A stretch of 24,046 bases of DNA. It comes from a virus (Duplodnaviria > Caudoviricetes). Shown here one piece after another: positions 9,729-16,984 of the stretch; within the stretch, counting starts at the first letter, position 1, and the number at the start of each line of letters is the position of its first letter. Made by a program: the position numbers and the translations under genes. The stretch lies in the IMG/VR virus record IMGVR_UViG_3300012971_000079, positions 1 to 24,046 of that record, one strand, 5' to 3'. The notes under the pieces were generated by a model that was given only the letters and a program-made list of their open reading frames with translations, was not told the DNA's origin and did no database searches.

Positions 9729-9805
9729 CTCAATGGTGCGCGTGGTGCATGAAGTGGATTTATGTGCGCCGGCCGCATGACCCATGCCCGGAGTGTGGGC
9801 GATGA
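9719..9805 (+). CDS. 28-aa Zn-ribbon microprotein (not in ORF track)
   Basis: SD AAGGAGG; MAIAQWCAWCMKWIYVRRPHDPCPECGR* (CxxC...CPxCG); stop overlaps the next ATG (ATGA at 9802). Confidence 0.65.
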   Translation: MAIAQWCAWCMKWIYVRRPHDPCPECGR

Positions 9806-10032
9806 GCGACGGTGAAATTCTAGGCGTTAACCGGCGCACTTACAAGGGACCGGGTTGGATAGAAACTGACATTGTAGTTGTTTTGGTAGCTGGCACTATC
9901 GGTGATTACGCCGCCTACATTGCGACCGGAAGGAGTCCGGAATGGTGCGCCAGACACGGCGATAAACTTTGTTTCGCTGAAGCACAGGTTCATTTTTGCA
10001 ATCAACTTAAAGAGGAGAAATATCGCGAATGA
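9802..10032 (+). CDS. Hypothetical phage protein
   Basis: ATGA-coupled at both ends; VVLVAGTIGDYAAY..PEWCARHGDKL. The start is more likely 9802 than 9784. Confidence 0.6.
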   Translation: MSDGEILGVNRRTYKGPGWIETDIVVVLVAGTIGDYAAYIATGRSPEWCARHGDKLCFAEAQVHFCNQLKEEKYRE

Positions 10033-10379
10033 AAGGACTACGTTGGACTGAAGCCGAACTTGCGGCCTATTGCGCCAAAGGCAAGACGACCGAGCCAAAG
10101 ATTACGGAGCAGGACTTTCAACGCTGGATAGTGAATTGCGCAATAGTGCTAGGCTGGAGCCACTACCACACATGGAATAGTTTCCACTCTCAAGCAGGCT
10201 TTCCCGATTTAGTTCTAATTAGACCGCCGCGGATAATCTTTGCCGAAGTCAAAAACGCAACCGGGAAAGTAACCGTCACTCAGGACATATGGTTGACGCA
10301 ACTTGCGAAATGCCCAGGCGTTGAAACGTACCTTTGGAGGCCGGCTGATATGGACCGAATAGGAGAGATTTTGAAATGA
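10029..10379 (+). CDS. VRR-NUC domain nuclease (PD-(D/E)xK)
   Basis: EQDFQ...AGFPDLVLIR..IIFAEVK..GKVTVTQDIWL matches the VRR-NUC motif set. Confidence 0.85.
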   Translation: MKGLRWTEAELAAYCAKGKTTEPKITEQDFQRWIVNCAIVLGWSHYHTWNSFHSQAGFPDLVLIRPPRIIFAEVKNATGKVTVTQDIWLTQLAKCPGVETYLWRPADMDRIGEILK

Positions 10380-10531
10380 AGGATCAATTTATTGTTCGGG
10401 TTGCTTGCGACAACTGCCTTAAAGCCAAGCGACTTGATGAGATGAGCGAACAGGACGACAAAGGCCCTTGGCTCTGCGAGGACTGTTGTAAGGACCGTGC
10501 AGAAAAAGAGCTAGAAGAGGAAGAGGAATAG
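10376..10531 (+). CDS. 51-aa Zn-finger protein with acidic tail (not in ORF track)
   Basis: ATGA overlap and SD AGGAG; MKDQFIVRVACDNC...WLCEDCCKDRAEKELEEEEE*. Confidence 0.65.
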   Translation: MKDQFIVRVACDNCLKAKRLDEMSEQDDKGPWLCEDCCKDRAEKELEEEEE

Positions 10532-10608
10532 AAAGAGGCCCGACCGAATGCCACGACGGCCGGGCCTTTTGGATCAACCCAAACCAGCGAGTAGGCTGAC
10601 CCGTGGAG
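10530..10608 (-). ncRNA. Predicted ~80-nt antisense RNA
   Basis: Inferred from the minus-strand promoter at 10615-10642 and the terminator-like hairpin at 10532-10570; no ORF; ends are approximate. Confidence 0.5.
10532..10570. terminator. Hairpin, possibly a bidirectional intrinsic terminator
   Basis: Stem AGGCCCG 10536-10542 / CGGGCCT 10561-10567, followed by TTT on + and preceded by GAAAG (a short U-rich tract on -). Confidence 0.6.
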
Positions 10609-10614
10609 AGAACA

Positions 10615-10642
10615 AGCCTATCACTGGTGACAACCGTGTCAA
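10615..10642 (-). promoter_or_regulatory. Minus-strand sigma70-type promoter
   Basis: Reverse complement reads TTGACA (10642-10637), 16-nt spacer ending TGA, TAGGCT (10620-10615): a perfect -35 plus an extended -10. Confidence 0.6.
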
Positions 10643-10654
10643 CGGAGGTAGGCT

Positions 10655-11602
10655 ATGAAATTTTTAGCAATCGTGTCCCTATTTTTTTTCCCTGCGATAG
10701 CTTATAGCGAAGTGACTTGCCACAACGCACAACCAGAGGAGTTAGCCTGTGGGCCTGTGACCGTGCCAAACCAAATTGGATCTATACTTACAATCTCGAC
10801 CAACTTTAATACGAACACGTGCGCACGCTTTTCTGATATAGACGTCCGCACCACCGGCAGCGGCATTAACCTTGTAGGCCCGATTGTGGCTCAAGTACCT
10901 AATGAAAGCGTTTGGTTTGTGTGGCGTACCCCTACGCAGGTAGTGTCCAATTGGTCCTGTACGATGACCGTTAAGGTCAACGGGCGCATTCCTATTCCTG
11001 GTGTGCAAAAAGATATTCATCGGCAAAACAGTCAGGCAGCAGACCAATGGGCCAACGCGATATTTGCCAGCGCCGCCCTTATAGCGCTTTCGCCTGATAA
11101 AGTTGCTGCCGCAGTGCTGGCGATAGCTGGGGGAACCCTTAAAATTATCTCCAATCGGCAACAAGGGCTTGCAGATGACCCTCCTGGTCCTGACTGCTAC
11201 GAGCTCGTTGATCCACCTTGGCCCGCAAGCGGCCAGCCTATAGACATAGTTGGAATGGATTCGGTGCCATATATCGGCGAGTATTGGCATGACCTTTTAA
11301 CGAGCTATGCCAATGGCCTACTTGGAAATGATGCCGTTGCGATTGAGGCTTACGGTATTTCGGCGCGAGCGAGCGCCGACAGGGCGCTAACTTGCCTTGA
11401 ACAACAAGATTTAGCATGGAATGACTTGCAGACCGAGCGGGCGCACTATTTCATTCGGCAAATGGGCGTAGGACTTAGTGATGCGAGCTACAACCTTTGG
11501 GTACTACAATGGATCTTCGAGCAAATCGGTATTGACCCTGGATTAACTGATGCTGCAATTTTGACAGGTGAGATGGGGTGGAACTATCAACAGGTGCAAT
11601 AA
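10655..11602 (+). CDS. Secreted Cys-containing protein of unknown function
   Basis: SD GGAGG; signal peptide MKFLAIVSLFFFPAIAYS; beta-rich N-domain, hydrophobic Ala-rich hairpin, ADDPP motif and helical C-domain. Confidence 0.7.
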   Translation: MKFLAIVSLFFFPAIAYSEVTCHNAQPEELACGPVTVPNQIGSILTISTNFNTNTCARFSDIDVRTTGSGINLVGPIVAQVPNESVWFVWRTPTQVVSNWSCTMTVKVNGRIPIPGVQKDIHRQNSQAADQWANAIFASAALIALSPDKVAAAVLAIAGGTLKIISNRQQGLADDPPGPDCYELVDPPWPASGQPIDIVGMDSVPYIGEYWHDLLTSYANGLLGNDAVAIEAYGISARASADRALTCLEQQDLAWNDLQTERAHYFIRQMGVGLSDASYNLWVLQWIFEQIGIDPGLTDAAILTGEMGWNYQQVQ

Positions 11603-11844
11603 TGATAAAAATCGCTGAAAGTATCATCTTCATTTTGGTGGGATTAATAAAACTCAACCGAGATTTTCCATGGTTGGCGAGCAGTCTTATTGACATCCTA
11701 ATGGTGTTTGTCGGCGCTGCTATCTTCATAAGTTTGTGGGTTTACATCCCACTACTAGACGGTTTTACTTTTTTTACCCTGGCGGCCTGGATAATAGGCC
11801 AATGGTGGGAAAACAAGAAAGGAGATTTTTATGTCGAACAATAA
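11602..11844 (+). CDS. Small membrane protein (about 3 TM segments)
   Basis: TAATG-coupled start at 11602 (MIKIAESIIFILVGL...); three hydrophobic stretches and a basic tail. Confidence 0.65.
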   Translation: MIKIAESIIFILVGLIKLNRDFPWLASSLIDILMVFVGAAIFISLWVYIPLLDGFTFFTLAAWIIGQWWENKKGDFYVEQ

Positions 11845-12988
11845 CGGCCCGCTTCTAAAGCCGGCCGAAAAACAGACCGCTTACCTAAAGGCCGGAATCC
11901 TAGGCTTTGCCGCATCCGGGAAAACTTACACCGCTGCAGCTATCGCGCGCGGGCTTGCGCTACTAGAGGAGCAGGCCGGGAGAAAAAAGGCGGTTGCGTT
12001 CTTTGATACCGAGACCGGGTCGGACTACGTCGTCGACGGATTCAAAAAGCAAGGGATTGAGCTTTTAGTCGCCAAGACGCGCGCCTTTTCCGACCTTTTG
12101 ACCGTGGTCAAAGAGGCCGAGCAGACTTGCTCCGTCCTAATCGTCGACTCAATCAGCCACGTTTGGACCGAACTCGTCGACGCCTATCTTCACAAGAAGA
12201 ATAAGGATCGCCTTGCGGTTTGGGACTGGAACCCCATTAAAACCGAGTGGCGCCAGTTCACAGACCTTTATCTTTGCTCCAAGCTCCACATCATAATCTG
12301 CGGCCGCGCGGGCAACGTTTACGAAGAATACCTTAACGAAAGGGGGGAAAAAGAGATCCTCAAGACAGGTACGAAAATGCGCGTTGAAACGGAGTTTGGT
12401 TATGAGCCGTCCTTGCTGATTGAGATGGAAAGAATCCAGCCCGAGCAGAACCCGAAAAAGAAAAAAGGGTCGGCCTTTGTCCACCGCGCAACAATCCTCA
12501 AAGACCGCTCAGACATCATGATGGGAAAGCAGATAGATGACCCCGGCTTCGCGGACTTCTTGCCTGTCATAAAGTCGCTTAACATCGGCGGCGAACATTT
12601 CGTTTTGGACACGTCCCGCACCTCGGACGAGATGATTAAGGACTCCGACCGCTCGCTTGAGGATCGGCGGAAATTCCAGGAGATTTATACCGAGGAGATT
12701 GAAGGCCAGATCGTTTCCGCTTTCCCAGGCCAGTCGGCTGCGGAAAAGAAGATCAAGGCGGACATCCTCGAGGTGGTTTTCGACTCCCGGTCGTGGACCA
12801 AAATCAAGATGTTTCCGCCCGAGGAGTTACAAAAGGGACTTCAGTCTATCAAGTATCTTTGCCGGCGGATAGCCGAAAACGAGGACGCCGAGGCGGTGAC
12901 GCTTCAGTGGCTTCGCGGCGAGCTTGTAAAGGCCGAACCACCCCAGACCCCACCTGCACCTGAGCCCGAACAAGAATCGCTGATCTAG
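11831..12988 (+). CDS. P-loop ATPase, AAA_24/Sak4-like recombination protein
   Basis: Walker A GFAASGKT, FFDTETGS, Walker B VLIVDSISHVW, HIIICGR and FGYEPSL. Confidence 0.8.
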   Translation: MSNNNGPLLKPAEKQTAYLKAGILGFAASGKTYTAAAIARGLALLEEQAGRKKAVAFFDTETGSDYVVDGFKKQGIELLVAKTRAFSDLLTVVKEAEQTCSVLIVDSISHVWTELVDAYLHKKNKDRLAVWDWNPIKTEWRQFTDLYLCSKLHIIICGRAGNVYEEYLNERGEKEILKTGTKMRVETEFGYEPSLLIEMERIQPEQNPKKKKGSAFVHRATILKDRSDIMMGKQIDDPGFADFLPVIKSLNIGGEHFVLDTSRTSDEMIKDSDRSLEDRRKFQEIYTEEIEGQIVSAFPGQSAAEKKIKADILEVVFDSRSWTKIKMFPPEELQKGLQSIKYLCRRIAENEDAEAVTLQWLRGELVKAEPPQTPPAPEPEQESLI

Positions 12989-12998
12989 CCCCACCTTC

Positions 12999-13043
12999 AG
13001 GCCGGGGAGCCCCGAGCGGGCCACCCCCGGCCTTTTCTTTTTT
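12999..13043 (+). terminator. Rho-independent terminator
   Basis: AGGCCGGGG 12999-13007 pairs with CCCCGGCCT 13025-13033 around an inner GC hairpin, followed by TTTCTTTTTT. Confidence 0.85.
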
Positions 13044-13045
13044 CC

Positions 13046-13091
13046 TTGACAGTTTATTCCATACTCGGTAAGGCTTAACCTCTATTCCATA
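13046..13091 (+). promoter_or_regulatory. Probable promoter of the replication operon, with 9-bp direct repeats
   Basis: TTGACA 13046-13051; weak -10 TAAGGC at 13069; TATTCCATA at 13055-13063 and 13083-13091. Confidence 0.55.
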
Positions 13092-13111
13092 TTTGAAAGG
13101 AGGTGATTCGT

Positions 13112-13306
13112 ATGGACACCTCAGCAGACCTTTTAAAGGTTTTTGCAGTCGCCAAAATTCTCGATCTTAGCCCTGCAAGCATTCGACTTTATGCAGACAA
13201 GGGAAAGCTAAAATGTCTGCGTACGACCGATGGAGACCGCATTTTTTTGAGATCAGAAGTTGAAGAATTCGCCGCCCAAAGGAAAAAATCAACCAAAAAA
13301 CAATAG
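13112..13306 (+). CDS. Xis/MerR-like (HTH_17, BldC-like) DNA-binding protein
   Basis: LLKVFAVAKILDLSPASIRLYADKGKLKCLRTTDGDRIFLRSEVEEF; SD AGGAGGTGA points to ATG13112. Confidence 0.8.
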   Translation: MDTSADLLKVFAVAKILDLSPASIRLYADKGKLKCLRTTDGDRIFLRSEVEEFAAQRKKSTKKQ

Positions 13307-13345
13307 CCCTTTTCGAGCTACCCTCTAGCCGCCAGAAAGGAACTT

Positions 13346-14440
13346 ATGGACATGCCGCATCTACCATTTTTTCAATTTTACACCGCTGATTGGATTCAGG
13401 ACACTCAGGTCTTAAACCACACCGCCAAAGGATGCTGGATTGACATACTTTGCCAGCTCTGGATTTCACCAACTCCAGGCGAGCAAACGTGGAACCGACG
13501 GGAGTTTATAACGCTCGTCAGATTAGACAACCACCAGACAACCACCGCGTTACTAATAAAAGACCTCTCTACAGTGGCTGAAATTTACCTCAAAGATGAG
13601 GCTGGAAACGTGTCAGATGTGCATGAGGATTGGGCTTTTATAAAGATAATAAGCCGCAGAATGGTACGCGACTGGCATAAGCTAAATGCTCGAAAAGACA
13701 AGTATAAAAAGTACAACCGCAAAAGAACGACCAAAGAACGACCGAAAAACCACCAGGTTACCACTTCATTTACCACTTCACAACCACCGCCTAACCACCA
13801 AGAAACCACCGATAGAATTCAGAATTCATATATCAGAAGTCAGAACTCAGATACATATGTCAGTTCTAAATCCGATATTAAGTACTTAAAAGATCCAGCC
13901 GCTAATGCGGCTGCATATGCAGACCCATCCGGGTCTGGATCTTTTAAAAATAAAAGTTCGGATTCGGATGCGGCTTCGCCGGATCGGAGCGCGCCAAGCG
14001 CGGACTCGGACAGCAGCAACGGCAATCACGGGGAGCCGTGGCGGCCGGCGTTTCTCAGAATCTTCTCTTTCGATCCTCACCGCTTCAACCGCCTGATCGT
14101 TTGGGTTCAGGCCCAAAAAAAACTCAACTACCCGGAGATCGTCATCAAGCAGGCTCTCGAACGCTTCGAAGAATTCGACCGCGGGAACAAGATCGAGGAC
14201 TGGTGGCCCTACCTGCAGAAGATTTTGAAAAAAGAGTTTGCCCGCCACCAAGACTCGGAGCACGAGACCCGTAAAAGCGAGACCCGTAAAAGCGAGGAGC
14301 GTAAAAGCGCACTTCGAGCCCTCGCGCGCGGAGACTCGAGCCCCGTAAAGAACGCCCTAGACATGTCCGACAAGGAGCGCGCGGCAACACTTTCCAGATT
14401 GCGCGCTTTGCGGGAGGGGATAGGCCGGAGGGTGAATTGA
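13346..14440 (+). CDS. Replication initiator (DUF1376/YdaU-type N-terminus)
   Basis: LPFFQFYTADWIQDT..L....KGCWIDILCQLW; low-complexity centre encoded by phased repeats; short helical C-domain. Confidence 0.8.
   Translation: MDMPHLPFFQFYTADWIQDTQVLNHTAKGCWIDILCQLWISPTPGEQTWNRREFITLVRLDNHQTTTALLIKDLSTVAEIYLKDEAGNVSDVHEDWAFIKIISRRMVRDWHKLNARKDKYKKYNRKRTTKERPKNHQVTTSFTTSQPPPNHQETTDRIQNSYIRSQNSDTYVSSKSDIKYLKDPAANAAAYADPSGSGSFKNKSSDSDAASPDRSAPSADSDSSNGNHGEPWRPAFLRIFSFDPHRFNRLIVWVQAQKKLNYPEIVIKQALERFEEFDRGNKIEDWWPYLQKILKKEFARHQDSEHETRKSETRKSEERKSALRALARGDSSPVKNALDMSDKERAATLSRLRALREGIGRRVN
13716..13890. repeat. Iteron array and AT-rich heptamer tract: probable replication origin
   Basis: AC(C/G)(A/G)C cores at 13716, 13727, 13738, 13749, 13760, 13772, 13783, 13794 and 13805 (11-bp period), then AGAATTC AGAATTC ATATATC AGAAGTC AGAACTC. 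Confidence 0.75.
14263..14309 (+). repeat. 15-bp tandem repeat x3 within the initiator gene
   Basis: CGAGACCCGTAAAAG x2 then CGAGGAGCGTAAAAG, encoding ETRKS ETRKS EERKS. Confidence 0.9.
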
Positions 14441-14601
14441 TTAGCGTACAGAAATCAAATTGGCGGGCTTTGCAGGAAGGGATAGGGGAAAGGCTTAACT
14501 CGGGGGAGATCGTTTGCTGTAGGCCGTGTTTTGTGCGAAATAAAGGCCATTCTGAAAGCATTACTGCCTTTTGCATAAATTTACATGCCCTTCACACGTG
14601 A
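14437..14601 (+). CDS. 54-aa ORF carrying a diverged copy of the initiator C-terminus (possible relic)
   Basis: TTGA overlap with the initiator stop; MISVQKSNWRALQEGIGERLNSGEIVCCRPC...; compare the initiator end LRALREGIGRRVN. Confidence 0.4.
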   Translation: MISVQKSNWRALQEGIGERLNSGEIVCCRPCFVRNKGHSESITAFCINLHALHT

Positions 14602-14926
14602 AAATGCGAGACGACTTCGCGGCCGAGGCGGGCGCAAAAAACTAGCCGAGCATGAGAAGACCAAATTTGCGGCAGAAATCGTGCGCCAGATTATCGAGGC
14701 CCACGCTAAGCCGATAGCGCTTCAGTTCGTAAAGCGCGCGCAGAAATCAGATCGAGTTTTGATCGCTGCCGTTGATAAACTCCTGCCCGAGATCAACCGC
14801 ACTGCGAATGAGCGGCCTATTGCAATTCAGATCATAATCGAAAGCCCCAATAACCAAGGGACAAACGGAGCGGCGCACCCGGACGCTGAAGGCGATAGCA
14901 AACGTTTGATAGTCATTGAGACATGA
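14585..14926 (+). CDS. terS: Probable terminase small subunit
   Basis: MPFTRENARRLRGRGGRKK N-terminus, helical body, beta-tail IAIQIII; upstream of terL. Confidence 0.6.
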   Translation: MPFTRENARRLRGRGGRKKLAEHEKTKFAAEIVRQIIEAHAKPIALQFVKRAQKSDRVLIAAVDKLLPEINRTANERPIAIQIIIESPNNQGTNGAAHPDAEGDSKRLIVIET

Positions 14927-15426
14927 AAGGATTTTGCAAAAACGGACACGATCTTAGTGTGAGCCAATACGTGAACGGCAACACGGGCAAGCGCCGTTGT
15001 GGTATCTGCCAGAACGAATATAGGCGTAATCGCTATCACGGAACACACGGGGAAAAGATTCGAATAAGAAACCTGGCTTACCACAACAATCACAGCGCTG
15101 ACATCTACCGCCGCCGCCGAGAACGTCGCAAGCAACACCCAGAGAAGTACCTAAACCAACTAAGGCGTAATCGAGCCCGCCGTAATGGAATTTCGGTTGC
15201 TCAACTCGACCAGATGGAAAAAGATCAACGTGGTAGATGCGCGGCGTGTCATCGTAAAGCTACGCTTGTTGTGGATCATTGCCATGTAAGTGGAATTGCG
15301 CGCCACCTACTGTGCAACCAATGCAACACCGCAGTAGGTCTATTGCAAGATAGCCCGGAAAGAATCAGAAAACTTTTAAATTATGTCGTTAGAGTCTCCC
15401 AAATCGTCATTGCAACTCAAAGTTAA
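14923..15426 (+). CDS. Endonuclease VII-family (Endonuclease_7) protein, probable free-standing homing endonuclease
   Basis: QRGRCAAC...LVVDHCHVSGIARHLLCNQCNTAVGLLQDSPERI...Y; N-terminal CKNGH...CGIC Zn module. Confidence 0.9.
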   Translation: MKGFCKNGHDLSVSQYVNGNTGKRRCGICQNEYRRNRYHGTHGEKIRIRNLAYHNNHSADIYRRRRERRKQHPEKYLNQLRRNRARRNGISVAQLDQMEKDQRGRCAACHRKATLVVDHCHVSGIARHLLCNQCNTAVGLLQDSPERIRKLLNYVVRVSQIVIATQS

Positions 15427-16792
15427 GGGCATCGTAGGCCAATTCGTTACTGCTGTTTCTAACGGAACTGCGCGGGAAATAGCCTGTTTTGGTGCACGCG
15501 GCGACGGAAAAACGATAGGCGGTTTAATTTCCATGGTTGCGCACGCGCAGCAACACCATGCTACGAAGCATAAACTCCCCGTCCCGTGGATGTGTGTCAC
15601 AGATACGTTTCAATCCCACAAGCTCAAGACTCTGCGGTCGATGGATGACCCGCTCTGGCAGGGTTTATGGCAGATTCGCGAACAAGGCCATATTGCTGAG
15701 TTTATTCTTGACGGTCAATGCCTGGTTAAATGCGATCTGTTCGGGATCGAGGACCAAGGCGCGATGGACCGGGTCAGGATGGAGACGTGCGGCGTCTGGT
15801 TCGAGGAGGCGGCGCCGTCCGCCGTCATGGTGCAATCGGCCGGCATATCGGAATCGGCTTGGTTGCTGGCCTTGACCTCGCAACGTGTAAAATCCCACGC
15901 CAACGTGGCCATGCTAACGGAGAACTATCCCGAGGAAGATCACTGGACGTGGAAGCGGTTTGTTACCGATCCGGCGCCAGCATCGCTTTACTTCCGCGTG
16001 CCACCCGGCGAGCGAGCCAGTCCAGAACAGCGTGAGGAATGGAATCGAGCGCTAAAGAACCGGCCCGATTTAGCGCGTCGGCTTTTGCAAGGTCAGCCCG
16101 GTACGATCCTTATGGGTCAGCCAGTAGCACAGGGTTTTAATTTGGACTATCACGTAGCTAAAGAATCACTTGAGTTAGTGCGCGGAAGTGAAATTGGAAT
16201 TGGCTTCGATGGAGGCCACACGCCGACCGCGATTATTGGACAGCAGACCTTAACCGGGATGAGAATCTTTGCATCCTTGTATTTGGAGAACGGCGGGATG
16301 CGCCAGCTCCTTGAAACGCAGGTTCTGCCGTGGCTGGCAAGGCGCGCGCCTTGGACGCTAAGAGACTCGAGTCAATTGCTAATCGGCTATGACCCGTCGC
16401 TTGATGTTGGCGAGCAATCGGACATTGATCAATCGGCGCTCCGCGCAATCAACGACGCGCTAAACTGGCCGGCATGCGAAGCCGGGCCTGTCCGCTGGCC
16501 GAATCGGAAGGACGCGCTGCTCCAGGCGCTATCCCGGCGGGAAGGGCTCGTTATTGATCCTTCATGCGATCCGCTTATCAAGGCGCTATCGGGTCGCTGG
16601 TATTATCCGAAGTCACACATTGAGGAGCTGAGATCCGACATTCCCAAAAAACCGAACCATCCGTGGGAAGATTTAGGTGATGCGCTTATTTACTTGTTAT
16701 GCCGTTTTGGTGTAGTAGGAACCGAGATGTGGAGTAACACCGCAAGCGATCAAATAGAAATTAAACGCAACCTAGAACATTTTCATCAGTAA
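15383..16792 (+). CDS. terL: Terminase large subunit
   Basis: Walker A-like IACFGARGDGKT, Walker B VWFEEAA, motif III LTEN, nuclease IGFDGG and HPWEDLGDALIYL; upstream of the portal. Confidence 0.88.
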   Translation: MSLESPKSSLQLKVKGIVGQFVTAVSNGTAREIACFGARGDGKTIGGLISMVAHAQQHHATKHKLPVPWMCVTDTFQSHKLKTLRSMDDPLWQGLWQIREQGHIAEFILDGQCLVKCDLFGIEDQGAMDRVRMETCGVWFEEAAPSAVMVQSAGISESAWLLALTSQRVKSHANVAMLTENYPEEDHWTWKRFVTDPAPASLYFRVPPGERASPEQREEWNRALKNRPDLARRLLQGQPGTILMGQPVAQGFNLDYHVAKESLELVRGSEIGIGFDGGHTPTAIIGQQTLTGMRIFASLYLENGGMRQLLETQVLPWLARRAPWTLRDSSQLLIGYDPSLDVGEQSDIDQSALRAINDALNWPACEAGPVRWPNRKDALLQALSRREGLVIDPSCDPLIKALSGRWYYPKSHIEELRSDIPKKPNHPWEDLGDALIYLLCRFGVVGTEMWSNTASDQIEIKRNLEHFHQ

Positions 16793-16798
16793 AGAAAA

Positions 16799-16984
16799 AT
16801 GGGATTTTTATTTAGTCCGCCGAAGCCGCCCAAGCCCCCGCCGGTTCCAACCGTAACTAGTCCGGACGTGCAGCAGGCAGCGGCAGACGCGCAGCGAAGA
16901 GCCGCGCTAGCTCGAGGGCGCGCATCCACGATCTTAACCGCGCAGGTGCCGGGCAAGGTGCCGCTAGGAGTGGTAGGAGGATAA
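16799..16984 (+). CDS. Small Pro-rich virion-module protein preceding the portal
   Basis: MGFLFSPPKPPKPPPVP...RRAALARGRASTILT, the pattern commonly seen just upstream of podophage head-tail connector genes. Confidence 0.7.
   Translation: MGFLFSPPKPPKPPPVPTVTSPDVQQAAADAQRRAALARGRASTILTAQVPGKVPLGVVGG

Noticed and set aside
13095-13352. Similar starts of the HTH and initiator genes (GAAAGGA...TATGGACA)
   Set aside because: Only 8 nt beyond the SD; too short to count as a boundary duplication.
13716-13860. CRISPR-like array
   Set aside because: Units are 11-bp and 7-bp periodic repeats without unique spacers; better explained as iterons.
13070-14499. AAGGCTTAAC at 13070-13079 and 14490-14499 as a shared regulator box
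   Set aside because: A single 10-mer pair is expected many times by chance in 24 kb, and the second copy is part of the initiator-end relic.
7969-14931. ATGAAAGGA at 7969, 10029 and 14923
   Set aside because: Only 9 nt, explained by ATGA overlaps and SD-like purine runs; not a convincing mobile repeat.
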